NCBI GenBank assembly: GCA_947084965.1
Contig: CAMTUG010000004.1
Location: 23,490-87,489, forward strand
DNA length: 64,000 nt
Direction: 5' to 3'
From: an uncultured Parcubacteria group bacterium
Lineage (GTDB): Bacteria > Patescibacteriota > Patescibacteriia > UBA9934 > CAMTUG01
The position numbers and the translations under genes are program-made. Below the pieces are notes generated by a model that saw only the letters and a list, made by a program, of their open reading frames with translations, was not told where the DNA came from and ran no database searches. Below, one piece after another: positions 18,717 to 28,623 of this stretch. Position 1 is the stretch's first letter. Every line of letters starts with the position of its first letter.

Positions 18717-20516
18717 CTACTCCCCAATAAACCCGCCCGCTTGAATTTCCCACAGCGTTTTGTAAATACCGTGTTTCTTGATAAGTGCTGTATGTGTTCC
18801 CGTATCTACGACTTTGCCTTTGTCCATCACCACAATCCGATCCATTTTGAGAATCGTGGAAAGGCGGTGGGCGATGACGATCGTTGTCTTGTCTTTCATC
18901 AACTTGGTCAAGGCATCCTGAATCAGCGCCTCGGACTCAGAGTCCAAGCTCGAGGTGGCTTCATCAAGAATCAGAATTGGTGCGTTTTTCAAAATCGCCC
19001 GAGCGATCGCCACCCGTTGGCGCTCACCGCCAGACAACTTCACCCCACGTTCGCCAACGAACGTGGCGTAGCCTTCCTTGAGACCAGAGATAAACTCATG
19101 ACAGTGCGCCAACTTCGCCGCAGCGATAACTTCTTCATCACGTGCATCACGACGACCGTAACGAATGTTCTCCATCAGCGTACGATGAAACAAGATCGGC
19201 TCCTGAGGAACGAGTGCAACGTTCTGCCGTAATGACTCCTGCGTCACACGCGAAATGTCCTGTCCATCGATAGTGATCTTCCCGCGCTGAATATTATGGA
19301 ATCGCATCAACAACTTTGTAACCGTGGACTTCCCCGCACCGGACGGTCCAACCAACGCGACTTTCTCGTGTGGTGCGATGCTCAGCGAGAAATTATCAAG
19401 CACTGTACGCGCACCTCGATAGTTGAACCGAACGTTCTTAAAGTTAAGATTTCCCTTGCGTACACCCAGCTCTTTCGCCTTACGCACGTCACGGATCTCA
19501 TGCGGCGTTTGCATGATCCCAACCATCTCTTCTGCATCGGCAAAGGCATCAAACACATGACGGAACGCGCGACCCACTTCCCATAGGCGGTTAAAGGCGA
19601 CAACGAGGTAGGCCTGAATGAAGGCGATATCTCCGAGGGTGAAGACGCCGGCAATCCAGAACTTCACCGCAATATACAGGAACGCAATGTTGATCCCGAT
19701 CATCAAGGTTCCCTGCATGGCGAAGATCGCTTCATGACGATCCCAGCTTCTTGTCCGTGCTTTAGACAATCGATCGAGCGCTGTTCGGAATCGACCCGTT
19801 TCATACGCGGCCGCGGGAAACAGCTTGATCGTTGTCGCGTTTGAAATCGCGTCCGCCAGCGCCGCCCCCGCTTCTGAATCAAAGGTCGAACGCTGAATAT
19901 CTGCTTTATAGGCCCAACGCGTTGCATAATATTGCAGGACCAAAAAGAGCGTGGTCCAGAGGATAAATCCCAAGGCCAAAATCGGTTTTTGCAAAGAAAG
20001 CCCTATTACCGCGCCGATTAACACAACAAGAACAGCAACGAGCCGGAACGTGATCTCGTCCGCCAAGCGCTCAAAGCTAGAGCTCAGACGGTGAACACGT
20101 TTGACGAGTGCTCCCGCAAAAGAATCAGCAAAAAATCCGAGCGAGTGACCGAGAAGATAGGTAAACGCACTCTCTTCGAGGTCGGCCATGACGCGCGGTT
20201 GAAAGCGGTTATTGTGATACGCCTGAAACCTCCAACAGATCCAACCAAAAATCATGACGCTGACGAGGGCGAGAATCGTCGGAAGAAAAAGATCCATGTT
20301 GGCCGTAGACGGCGTTTCACGCTCGAGGAGATCAAAAAGATGCTTGAGGAGCCACGGTTGAGCCGCTTCAGCCCCGGTCGCCAGAGCAACAAAGGAGAGA
20401 ACGAGAAACATCCGCCCTTTGTAGCGACGGGTATGCCGCCAAAAAAGGGCAAGGATCGAACGAATAGTGATCTTTTTTGTAATGGATCCCTGCGCCATAT
20501 GAAATACGATCGACAA
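18717..20516 (-). CDS. ABC transporter permease/ATPase (MsbA-like exporter)
   Basis: Six TM helices plus ABC domain with LSGGERQRVAIARA. Confidence 0.85.
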   Translation of the reverse strand: MSIVFHMAQGSITKKITIRSILALFWRHTRRYKGRMFLVLSFVALATGAEAAQPWLLKHLFDLLERETPSTANMDLFLPTILALVSVMIFGWICWRFQAYHNNRFQPRVMADLEESAFTYLLGHSLGFFADSFAGALVKRVHRLSSSFERLADEITFRLVAVLVVLIGAVIGLSLQKPILALGFILWTTLFLVLQYYATRWAYKADIQRSTFDSEAGAALADAISNATTIKLFPAAAYETGRFRTALDRLSKARTRSWDRHEAIFAMQGTLMIGINIAFLYIAVKFWIAGVFTLGDIAFIQAYLVVAFNRLWEVGRAFRHVFDAFADAEEMVGIMQTPHEIRDVRKAKELGVRKGNLNFKNVRFNYRGARTVLDNFSLSIAPHEKVALVGPSGAGKSTVTKLLMRFHNIQRGKITIDGQDISRVTQESLRQNVALVPQEPILFHRTLMENIRYGRRDARDEEVIAAAKLAHCHEFISGLKEGYATFVGERGVKLSGGERQRVAIARAILKNAPILILDEATSSLDSESEALIQDALTKLMKDKTTIVIAHRLSTILKMDRIVVMDKGKVVDTGTHTALIKKHGIYKTLWEIQAGGFIGE

Positions 20517-20524
20517 TTATCCGA

Positions 20525-22291
20525 CTACTCCCCAATAAACCCACCGGCCTGAATCTCCCACAACTTTTTGTAGATGCCGACCTTCTTGCTGAGCGCCGCG
20601 TGCGTTCCAGAGTCAACAACCTTGCCCTGATCCATCACCACAATCCGATCCATTTTGAGAATCGTGGAAAGACGATGGGCGATGACGATCGTTGTTTTGT
20701 CTTTCATCAACTTGGTCAAGGCATCCTGAATCAACATCTCAGATTCTGAATCGAGGGATGATGTGGCTTCGTCGAGAATCAGAATCGGTGCGTTTTTAAG
20801 AATCGCCCGAGCGATCGCCACCCGTTGGCGCTCACCGCCAGACAACTTCACCCCACGTTCGCCAACGAACGTGGCGTAGCCTTCTGGAAGTTGAGCGATA
20901 AACTCGTGACAATGCGCCTGTTTGGCGGCTTCGATCACTTCAGTATCCGTGGCGTCGCGGCGGCCGTAGCGAATGTTGTCCATCAGTGAGCGATGGAACA
21001 GTACCGCCTCTTGTGGCACAAGCGAAATCTGTTCACGCAAACTATCCTGCGTCACTTTAGCGATGTTTTGACCGTCGATCGAAATCGCTCCACGCTGAAT
21101 GTCATGGAAGCGCATCAGGAGTTTCACAACCGTCGACTTTCCCGCCCCGCTTGGGCCGACCAGCGCCACCTTTTCCCGTGCGTTGATCGACAAGGACATC
21201 CGATCCAGCACCTGACGCTTTTTGCGATAGTTGAAATCTACTTTGTTGAAGACGATCTTTCCTTGACGCACCACCAGATCTTTTGCCGCCCGCGCATCGC
21301 GAATTTCGTGCGGCGTTTCCATGATCTCAACCATCTCCTTCGCATCCGCCACCGCTTCGTACGTCTTACGAATCGTGCGCCCCAAATCCCAGACACGAAT
21401 GAAGATGGTGATCAGATAACTCTGCACCAGGACGATGTCCCCGATCGTCAAAACGCCGATCGACCAGTAATGCAAGGCGGTCAACATCGAAACAAATTCG
21501 AGAGTGGTCATCATGATCCACTGGGCCGCTTCGTTTCCGTCGGCCAAGAACCAGGCGGTGGTCTGCGCCTTGCGCCACTTTTCAATCGCGGTAGCGAACA
21601 ACCCCTTTTCAAACGTGCGTCCGACAAAGGTCATGATGTTGACGCTGTTGGAAATCGCATCCGCCGCGACCGCGGTCGAGGCCGAGTCTTCCTTGGAACG
21701 TCGTTCATCGTACTTCAACTTCCAGATGGAAAACCCGTAGCTAGCGATGGTGTAGAGCAGTACCCAAGCCCCTAAAATCAAACTAAGCATTGCGCTCCGC
21801 GACCACAGGATAACGAGGACCGTCGTGATGACCGTTGCGGTTTGCAAAAAGGTCCACTTAAAATTCTCGCTGATCGTGGCGTACGATTGTGACAATCGAC
21901 GCACTTTGCGCACTAAGGAACCGCTGAAGCTGTTTGTAAAAAACTTGTACGAATGACCGAGCAAATAGCCAAAGGCACTCTTTTCCAGTTCGGCCATGAT
22001 TCGGCCGTCGGTAGCGGTGCTCAAAAATCCTGCCGTGCGATTCATCACCCAGTTCACGAGATGCAAGGCAAAAACCATATACAGGATCTCTCGTAACGAA
22101 CTTTCGGTCGACGCGCTCGGTGCTTCGGCCCCACTCAGCACGTCAAAAAACTGTTTGTAGTACAGCGGAGCGATGACGTTGACGATCTCCCCGCCGACGA
22201 TCAGAAAGATCACAAACAAAAACATCCCCCTGTGCGGTCGAATATGTTCAAAAAAAACACGGAACACGCTGCGATTACTTGTCATGCCCAT
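20525..22291 (-). CDS. ABC transporter permease/ATPase (MsbA-like exporter), tandem paralog
   Basis: Same architecture; C-terminal about 250 codons nearly identical at the DNA level to 18717-19100. Confidence 0.85.
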   Translation of the reverse strand: MGMTSNRSVFRVFFEHIRPHRGMFLFVIFLIVGGEIVNVIAPLYYKQFFDVLSGAEAPSASTESSLREILYMVFALHLVNWVMNRTAGFLSTATDGRIMAELEKSAFGYLLGHSYKFFTNSFSGSLVRKVRRLSQSYATISENFKWTFLQTATVITTVLVILWSRSAMLSLILGAWVLLYTIASYGFSIWKLKYDERRSKEDSASTAVAADAISNSVNIMTFVGRTFEKGLFATAIEKWRKAQTTAWFLADGNEAAQWIMMTTLEFVSMLTALHYWSIGVLTIGDIVLVQSYLITIFIRVWDLGRTIRKTYEAVADAKEMVEIMETPHEIRDARAAKDLVVRQGKIVFNKVDFNYRKKRQVLDRMSLSINAREKVALVGPSGAGKSTVVKLLMRFHDIQRGAISIDGQNIAKVTQDSLREQISLVPQEAVLFHRSLMDNIRYGRRDATDTEVIEAAKQAHCHEFIAQLPEGYATFVGERGVKLSGGERQRVAIARAILKNAPILILDEATSSLDSESEMLIQDALTKLMKDKTTIVIAHRLSTILKMDRIVVMDQGKVVDSGTHAALSKKVGIYKKLWEIQAGGFIGE

Positions 22292-22352
22292 ATGTTAGCA
22301 TACTCGGCAGAACTTTGCCGAGTATGCTCCTCGCGTCTTGAGCGGATCACGC

Positions 22353-23669
22353 TCACGATCGGGCCTCCCACTCCGGTTCCTGTCGCACCAAAAGTTCGCT
22401 GGCTCGCAGCGGGTCGGCGAGCACATTTTTTGTAACGCGTTCCATGCGCGCCGATTGTGATCCCTTGATCAAGACAATGTCGCCTGTGGCAATTTCCTTG
22501 TCCAGGTACGCGCCCGCTTCATCTGTGGTGTCAAAGGTCAGCACCTGCTCTTTTTTCATCCCTGCTTCCTCTGCCCCACGAGCGATATCCCGAGCGGGTT
22601 CACCAACACAAACGAGCAGATCAACACCGACCTCGGCCGCTTTCCAGCCGATCTGTCGATGCATCTCTTCACTAAAACTTCCCAGTTCCGCATGCGTCCC
22701 GAGACAGGCGATGCGTCGCGCCGCTTCTACTGGGTGAAACTGCGCCAGAACATCAAGCGCCGATTTGGTCGATGTCGGTGCGGCGTTATAGGAATCATCA
22801 AGCAACAAGGCCCCTTTAATTCCCCGCAACGGTTTTAGGCGACCGCTCGGGGAAACGTACTGCTCGCTCAGAGCGCGCGCGGCTTCGGGAAGCGAAATAC
22901 CAAACCGCTTTCCGACCGCAATCGCAGCCAAACAGTTGTAGGCTTGATGAATCCCGATCGTATCTTTTAGAACAACGTCCGCACGTTCATCCATACGACG
23001 GTCGTGAACAGTAAACGAAGCACATGCAAGCGTTTCCCCGGCCTCAAAATGATCATCCTCACGCGTTTGCAACTGATACCCCTGCCCGTCGATCTCTGCA
23101 TCTGGCCCAAATCCATACGTCACGACCGCTGCTTCGCCCGCCGAGGCCATCTGAGTGACCAGCTCATCATCCGCGTTCAAAACAGCAAGTCCGTCCGCAG
23201 GAAGATGCTTCACTAACTCGGTCTTTTCGGCGACAAGCGCTTCAAAACTTGGAAAATTCTCCACATGAACATGACTGATCGCTGTGACTACCCCGACGCT
23301 CGGCTGGGCCAGCTTCATCAGGTGGGTAATATCACCAGGACGATCCGCCCCGAACTCCAACACCAGATGCGTTGGAAACTGCTGATCCCTTCTGATCGCC
23401 ATACCGACGGCGTTGGCCAACACCTGACCCCAGCGATAAAAATTGCGCGACGGATTTTGCATCCCAAGAATAGAAAGCGGCACGCCGATTTCGGTGTTCA
23501 GATTCTTTGATCCTGCACGAACGGCGTATCGCACGGACAACACCGCAGTGATCGCATCCTTGGTCGAAGTTTTTCCGACCGAACCGGTAACCGCAATCAC
23601 CACCGGCTTATTCAGCAGAAGCACCCGCTTCGCCGCCCATGTCAAAACCGCTACAACAAGACTTTTCAT
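22353..23669 (-). CDS. murF: UDP-N-acetylmuramoyl-tripeptide--D-alanyl-D-alanine ligase
   Basis: Mur ligase motif VIAVTGSVGKTSTKD. Confidence 0.8.
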   Translation of the reverse strand: MKSLVVAVLTWAAKRVLLLNKPVVIAVTGSVGKTSTKDAITAVLSVRYAVRAGSKNLNTEIGVPLSILGMQNPSRNFYRWGQVLANAVGMAIRRDQQFPTHLVLEFGADRPGDITHLMKLAQPSVGVVTAISHVHVENFPSFEALVAEKTELVKHLPADGLAVLNADDELVTQMASAGEAAVVTYGFGPDAEIDGQGYQLQTREDDHFEAGETLACASFTVHDRRMDERADVVLKDTIGIHQAYNCLAAIAVGKRFGISLPEAARALSEQYVSPSGRLKPLRGIKGALLLDDSYNAAPTSTKSALDVLAQFHPVEAARRIACLGTHAELGSFSEEMHRQIGWKAAEVGVDLLVCVGEPARDIARGAEEAGMKKEQVLTFDTTDEAGAYLDKEIATGDIVLIKGSQSARMERVTKNVLADPLRASELLVRQEPEWEARS

Positions 23670-23672
23670 AGA

Positions 23673-25511
23673 TTATCGTTGAGGAGGAACCTCGAAATAG
23701 CGTAACAGAAACGCCGCAATATCACCAAACAGCGGACCGGCTGTGGATTCGGCCCATTGCACATCGCGCGGCCTGTCGATGCGCACAACGATCGCAAAGC
23801 GCGGGTCACCGACAGGGCCATATCCGGCAAAGGAACCGATCGTCGCATCGGCCAAATACGTCCCTGACGCACCGGCGACTTGCGCCGTCCCCGTTTTTCC
23901 CGCGATGTAATACCCTTCGACCGCCGCCTTTTTCCCGTGGCCGTTCTCCACGACAGAAATCAGCATAGCACTGATCAAATTCGATGTCTTTTCCGAAATG
24001 ACCTGACGCACTTCAATCGGTTCGACGTCGCGTACCCGACCGTCAGCGTAGCGCACTTCATCAACAATGTAGGGCTGCATCACGTGTCCGCCGTTCGCCA
24101 GCGCCGCGTAGGCCTGGGCCATCTGCAGAACGGTCGTCGTCACCCCTTGACCGAAACTTGCTGTCGCGTCATAGACCTCCGCTGACCGATCAAGGGAAGA
24201 AACGTCTCCGGCCGATTCTGTCTCAAGCTCAATACCCGTGTAAACACCGAATCCAAAATTGCGCATGTAGGTGTCAAAGAGATCGCTGCCCATCTGCTGC
24301 ATAGCGAAGATCACCCCGGTGTTGATCGATTCCTCAAGTACCTTCACCATGTTCACCTTCCCGTAAACTTTGTCTTCAGAGTTTCTAATGGTGAAATCGT
24401 CCATCTCGACGAACCCAAAATCTTCAAACTCCGTGGTCGGCGTGATCGCCCCAGCGTCGATCGATGCCGCGATCGTCAACGGCTTCATAATCGACCCAGG
24501 TTCGTAAGCGTTAAAAATGACCGGATTATTATAGACACGGATATTCTCCACTCGCGAATAGGCGTTTGGATCAAAATCCGGCGACCCGCACATGGCGAGA
24601 ACTGCCCCTGTCTTTGGATCAAGCACCACAACCGAGCCGCCATCCGCCGAATGCTTGGCAACCGCCTTTTCAAGCAGATCGCACACGGTGTGCTGAATGT
24701 TGCGATCAAGGGTCAACACGATGTCCGCCCCATCAACCGCCGGCTGGAACTCCCGCTCTCCGCTCGTAATCAAACGCCCCGCAGCATCACGCTCACTCGC
24801 CAAAAACCCGCCGGTTCCAGAAAGTTCCTCCTCAAAATACCCCTCAATGCCGTAGCGCCCACTCAACGAACCGTCTTCATTCACACCGACAAATCCCAAG
24901 ACATGACCACCGAGTGACGTTTCCGGATAGGAACGTGACGGTTCGCGCACATAGGTGATCCCTGGGAGTTGTTTATTGCGCTTTGCTTCATCAATCAAGG
25001 CCAGCGCTGCTTGCGGAACTTTACGAGCCACCGATTCATATCGATCTGTTTTATCTTCGAAACGAAGTTCGAGCGCGTCAATCTCTTCTCCAGACAAACC
25101 AAGTATTTCACCGAGGATCTCGGCCTCGCCATCCGGATCTTCCACGTTCTTCGGATCAGCGATCACCCAGCCGAGATGCAAATTCGTCGCGGCTGGATAC
25201 AGCTGACCATCTTTCAGGTCGCGCACCAAAATTTCCCCACGCTCCGGGACCAGCTCCTCATAAAAATCATACTGATTGCTTGCCAATGCCTGATAATAAC
25301 TTCCGGAGATGATCTGCAAAGAAAATAATCGAATGAGGATGCATCCGGCAATGATCGCCACGCCGAATTGAACCACGTTCATCCGCTTGTCAGGTGAATC
25401 CCCGCGTCGTTCTCGTGATGCGCCTCGCGAAACCATATTAATCGCCAAGGCCAAATGAAAAGATCGATCCTTTTCCCGTCGGATTTTGGCCGCGAGAAAC
25501 TTCCTCCCCAT
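23673..25511 (-). CDS. ftsI: peptidoglycan D,D-transpeptidase (PBP2/FtsI family)
   Basis: SIMK (SxxK) and KTGTA motifs with an N-terminal TM; the start may be the internal Met at about 25382. Confidence 0.8.
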   Translation of the reverse strand: MGRKFLAAKIRREKDRSFHLALAINMVSRGASRERRGDSPDKRMNVVQFGVAIIAGCILIRLFSLQIISGSYYQALASNQYDFYEELVPERGEILVRDLKDGQLYPAATNLHLGWVIADPKNVEDPDGEAEILGEILGLSGEEIDALELRFEDKTDRYESVARKVPQAALALIDEAKRNKQLPGITYVREPSRSYPETSLGGHVLGFVGVNEDGSLSGRYGIEGYFEEELSGTGGFLASERDAAGRLITSGEREFQPAVDGADIVLTLDRNIQHTVCDLLEKAVAKHSADGGSVVVLDPKTGAVLAMCGSPDFDPNAYSRVENIRVYNNPVIFNAYEPGSIMKPLTIAASIDAGAITPTTEFEDFGFVEMDDFTIRNSEDKVYGKVNMVKVLEESINTGVIFAMQQMGSDLFDTYMRNFGFGVYTGIELETESAGDVSSLDRSAEVYDATASFGQGVTTTVLQMAQAYAALANGGHVMQPYIVDEVRYADGRVRDVEPIEVRQVISEKTSNLISAMLISVVENGHGKKAAVEGYYIAGKTGTAQVAGASGTYLADATIGSFAGYGPVGDPRFAIVVRIDRPRDVQWAESTAGPLFGDIAAFLLRYFEVPPQR

Positions 25512-26613
25512 CCGTCACACCATCACCGTCGGTGTCAGGATTATTTCCGTCTGTCCCGTAAAATGTCTCCAATGAATTAGGGAGCCCATCTTCATCAGGA
25601 TCATCGTTGGTCGCTGCTGATCCACTCGCACTTGGCAAGCTATTCTCCCCATCTGAAGAGTGTATCGTGTTCGAAGATCTTCCTGCGTTCGCCGTTGGAA
25701 GACCCGCCGTGTTAAAACCGAGATCTTTAAGCGCCTGACGTACATCTGTTGCTTGGATGGTGGGGGCTGTGAGTTCTACCGGTTCGTTAAAATCGCTCAG
25801 TTCAAGCGTGAACGAAAAGGTTGGAGCGTTGAGTTCAAGTTTGTGCAATAAAAATGTTTTGCGCCCGATCCACAACGTTCCGGACCAACTCTGCATGGCA
25901 GCGACGTCTGCTTGCAGGGATTGATAATCAACAGCAGAGATCGCGGTACCGTGACGCATCTCCCAGAGCGTTGAAAGAAAAACGAGCAGGCCTTCTTCAT
26001 GGATCACGAAGCTGTATGGGAGAGTCGCGTCACCGTGCATAATGGTCGCAACTCCCGTTTGCGGCACTTCAACCAGATCGATCTGACGCAAAAGTTCGGC
26101 AAGCTCCTCAAACTGTTCGATCGAAAGATCCGTGCGTTGTTCACGACCGGTCAGGGCCGCAAAAGAAAACGTTGACGGAATGCGAATCCACTCGCCCGCA
26201 AAGGGGGTCAGATCAACATCCCCATACTGCGGAGCCCGTTTCATAAACAGATAAAAAGCATCTTCGAGGTCGCGAATCTCGGCACGCACTTCAGCGCCAT
26301 CGAGCGAGGTCATCACTTGAACCGCGGCTTGATACTGAAGATCGGCCTTATCCGAAAGATCGATCGACCCTTCCGCACCCAGGCGCACGTCCACCGGTTC
26401 TGGCAACGGGAAGACCGGAAGATCCTGGACCTCGGCAGTAGATAACTGCACCTTGGCCTTCACGGTCTCGAGTTGCCACATCGTCAGAATCATCCGCCGC
26501 ACGTCCCCTTCCAAGGAACGACCAAAAATCAACCAAACGACGAAAATGGCGGCACTTAATAGCACCGCCGCGATCGCAAATCCACCGACAATTCGAGTAG
26601 TATTTATCGACAT
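25438..26613 (-). CDS. hypothetical membrane-anchored protein with C-terminal DxDxDG calcium-binding repeats
   Basis: N-terminal TM; C-terminus DDPDEDGLPNS...NPDTDGDGVTDGEE (thrombospondin type-3-like). Confidence 0.45.
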   Translation of the reverse strand: MSINTTRIVGGFAIAAVLLSAAIFVVWLIFGRSLEGDVRRMILTMWQLETVKAKVQLSTAEVQDLPVFPLPEPVDVRLGAEGSIDLSDKADLQYQAAVQVMTSLDGAEVRAEIRDLEDAFYLFMKRAPQYGDVDLTPFAGEWIRIPSTFSFAALTGREQRTDLSIEQFEELAELLRQIDLVEVPQTGVATIMHGDATLPYSFVIHEEGLLVFLSTLWEMRHGTAISAVDYQSLQADVAAMQSWSGTLWIGRKTFLLHKLELNAPTFSFTLELSDFNEPVELTAPTIQATDVRQALKDLGFNTAGLPTANAGRSSNTIHSSDGENSLPSASGSAATNDDPDEDGLPNSLETFYGTDGNNPDTDGDGVTDGEEVSRGQNPTGKGSIFSFGLGD

Positions 26614-26618
26614 GGTGA

Positions 26619-27065
26619 CTACGTCTCGCGGACGTCTTCTTCAGTCACCATTTTACCAGTAAACCACACTTCTTCGCCATACCCGGTCCAGGTCAGGCGG
26701 CGCAAAATCTCGCCGCGGTCCGTTTCAAACTGTTTGACTTCAAAGGTGTCCCCGTCCTCATGTTCGCATTCCCCAGAACAGGTTAGTAACTCACCCGTAT
26801 CTTCGTACATCTCCTCGTACGAATTGCCCATGTACAGAGCAAACCCCTCTTCATCAAGTTCAACTTCGTTTTCGACCGGGGCGAGGATGATCAGTTCATC
26901 TCCATCTGGATCGACAACGAGCCATGCCGCGTCGCTTCCCCACATCCAGGTCATGCGGTCACCGGAAGCGAGCTTCAAACGTTCAATTCCGGCGATCGTA
27001 AATTCGCTGTCTGCGACGGAGAGCTTAGTGTCTTCGCCGGCGGTAAGAATTTTTTCAAAAGTCAT
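26619..27065 (-). CDS. hypothetical acidic protein (148 aa)
   Basis: Start taken at the internal Met to avoid overlap with the tRNA-Pro. Confidence 0.4.
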   Translation of the reverse strand: MTFEKILTAGEDTKLSVADSEFTIAGIERLKLASGDRMTWMWGSDAAWLVVDPDGDELIILAPVENEVELDEEGFALYMGNSYEEMYEDTGELLTCSGECEHEDGDTFEVKQFETDRGEILRRLTWTGYGEEVWFTGKMVTEEDVRET

Positions 27066-27150
27066 AACGCGATCGTAAAGAAAAATTGGAACAAGGGCGA
27101 TGATAGCGTTTCTGCAGAGCGTGTCAAGCGCAGAGCTGTCCACAGAGTTT

Positions 27151-27225
27151 TGGTCGGGCCGACCGGGATTGAACCGGCGACCTCTTGGACCCCATCCAAG
27201 CGCGCTCCCACTGCGCCACGGCCCG
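27151..27225 (-). tRNA. tRNA-Pro (anticodon GGG)
   Basis: Hand-folded cloverleaf: acceptor CGGGCCG/CGGCCCG, anticodon loop ATGGGGT, T-loop TTCAATC, CCA encoded. Confidence 0.7.
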
Positions 27226-27436
27226 ACAGAGAACGACTCAAAACTGGCGCTCTTTCGTCTCACGGGTCCCTGCCACTTTGTCGTCGTACATTTTTGGTAC
27301 GCCTCCAAAGTGCCATCCCGTTCAACGAAATAGCATCCATTTTTGAGCCGTTCTCGTGGCTACACTGTAGTAGAGCTGTTGATCTTTTTCAAGGATTCCG
27401 ATATTCTCTCGGGCATCGGTTCCCGAATCTATCTAT

Positions 27437-27512
<76 letters not shown>

Positions 27513-27613
27513 GAAAAATACTCCACTTCGCGTGGAGTATTTTTCTGTGCTGCAAGGGATTTGAATCGAGTCTTCATCTTCGCCTGACTTTCAGCTATAG
27601 TGTCGTTGCTATG

Positions 27614-27796
27614 CTACGTATTCTCGTTTCAATTCTGCTTGCGGCGACCGTCGCAACGGCCAGCTGGTTTTCTCTTCAAGATGAGCACGAAGACGCTCCG
27701 GTCGCGCCCGTTACAGCGTTGACTACTGAGGCATACGAAACGATCCAAGCAGAACTCCTTTCTGTGTTGCAGAGCAAGGTCCTGCCGCCGCAATGA
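27614..27796 (+). CDS. small ORF encoding a signal peptide (60 aa), possibly the frameshifted N-terminus of the next gene
   Basis: MLRILVSILLAATVATASWF signal-like sequence; ATGA overlap with the next ORF. Confidence 0.3.
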   Translation, partial: LRILVSILLAATVATASWFSLQDEHEDAPVAPVTALTTEAYETIQAELLSVLQSKVLPPQ

Positions 27797-28623
27797 CGGC
27801 ACTGCAGACAAAAAGCGCAGCTGATCCTTCTGTCTTGCGCGACTGTCATCCGCTCGTTCATGCCATCGGGTTTGCGGCGTTCAACCAACTGAACTCGGTC
27901 AGCGAGGCGATGATCGACGGCGCGGACTGGTGCACCAGCGGCTATTATCACGGGGTCTTTGAAGGGGCATTCACTCAGACAGATGATCCGATCGCTCTGA
28001 TGCAAACGGTCTGCGTCAGTCAACCTGATCACACCTTTCGCGATTGGCAGTGCCACCACGGAATCGGCCATGGACTGATGTTCTATTATGAAAACGATCT
28101 GCCGGCCGCAACGGATGCCTGCCATCGCTTTCCTGATTCTTTTCAATCGGAAGCCTGTATCAACGGAATGTTCATGGAAAATTTCGTCGCCGACGGTATC
28201 GTCCACAAAGCGCCCTACCGCCAGGCAGAGAACCCCCTCTACCCTTGCGCTGAGCAAGCTGAAGCAGATCAAGCGCATTGCTACGCAACGGCAGCCCACT
28301 ATTTCCTGACGTTATACCCCAACGCCTATGCGGATGGGTTCAAATGGTGTAAAGAAGCAGGGACTCAGGAAGCGAACTGTGTCCGCGGGATCGCTTCCCG
28401 GGCGATGCGCGACCAGTTGGCACACCCCGAAGTGGTGGAAGCGCTCTGCCGCCAAGCGGGCGACTTTGAACCGTGGTGCATCATCGGCATGACCTCGGTT
28501 TACCTTTCGCACATCGGCAACAGTTCGACCGGCGACGCCTTCTGTGCCTCCTTGTCGCTCTCCCATCAAGTCCCTTGCCTCCTTGAATTAGAAGACTTCC
28601 GAACAACCTATGAATCAATATAA
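27793..28623 (+). CDS. hypothetical Cys-rich protein (22 Cys), probably secreted
   Basis: No signal peptide of its own, many paired Cys residues. Confidence 0.45.
   Translation: MTALQTKSAADPSVLRDCHPLVHAIGFAAFNQLNSVSEAMIDGADWCTSGYYHGVFEGAFTQTDDPIALMQTVCVSQPDHTFRDWQCHHGIGHGLMFYYENDLPAATDACHRFPDSFQSEACINGMFMENFVADGIVHKAPYRQAENPLYPCAEQAEADQAHCYATAAHYFLTLYPNAYADGFKWCKEAGTQEANCVRGIASRAMRDQLAHPEVVEALCRQAGDFEPWCIIGMTSVYLSHIGNSSTGDAFCASLSLSHQVPCLLELEDFRTTYESI

Noticed and set aside
18669-19232. 187-aa and other plus-strand ORFs antisense to the ABC transporter genes (also 20993-21775)
   Set aside because: They are antisense to strongly supported ABC transporter CDSs and have no motifs.
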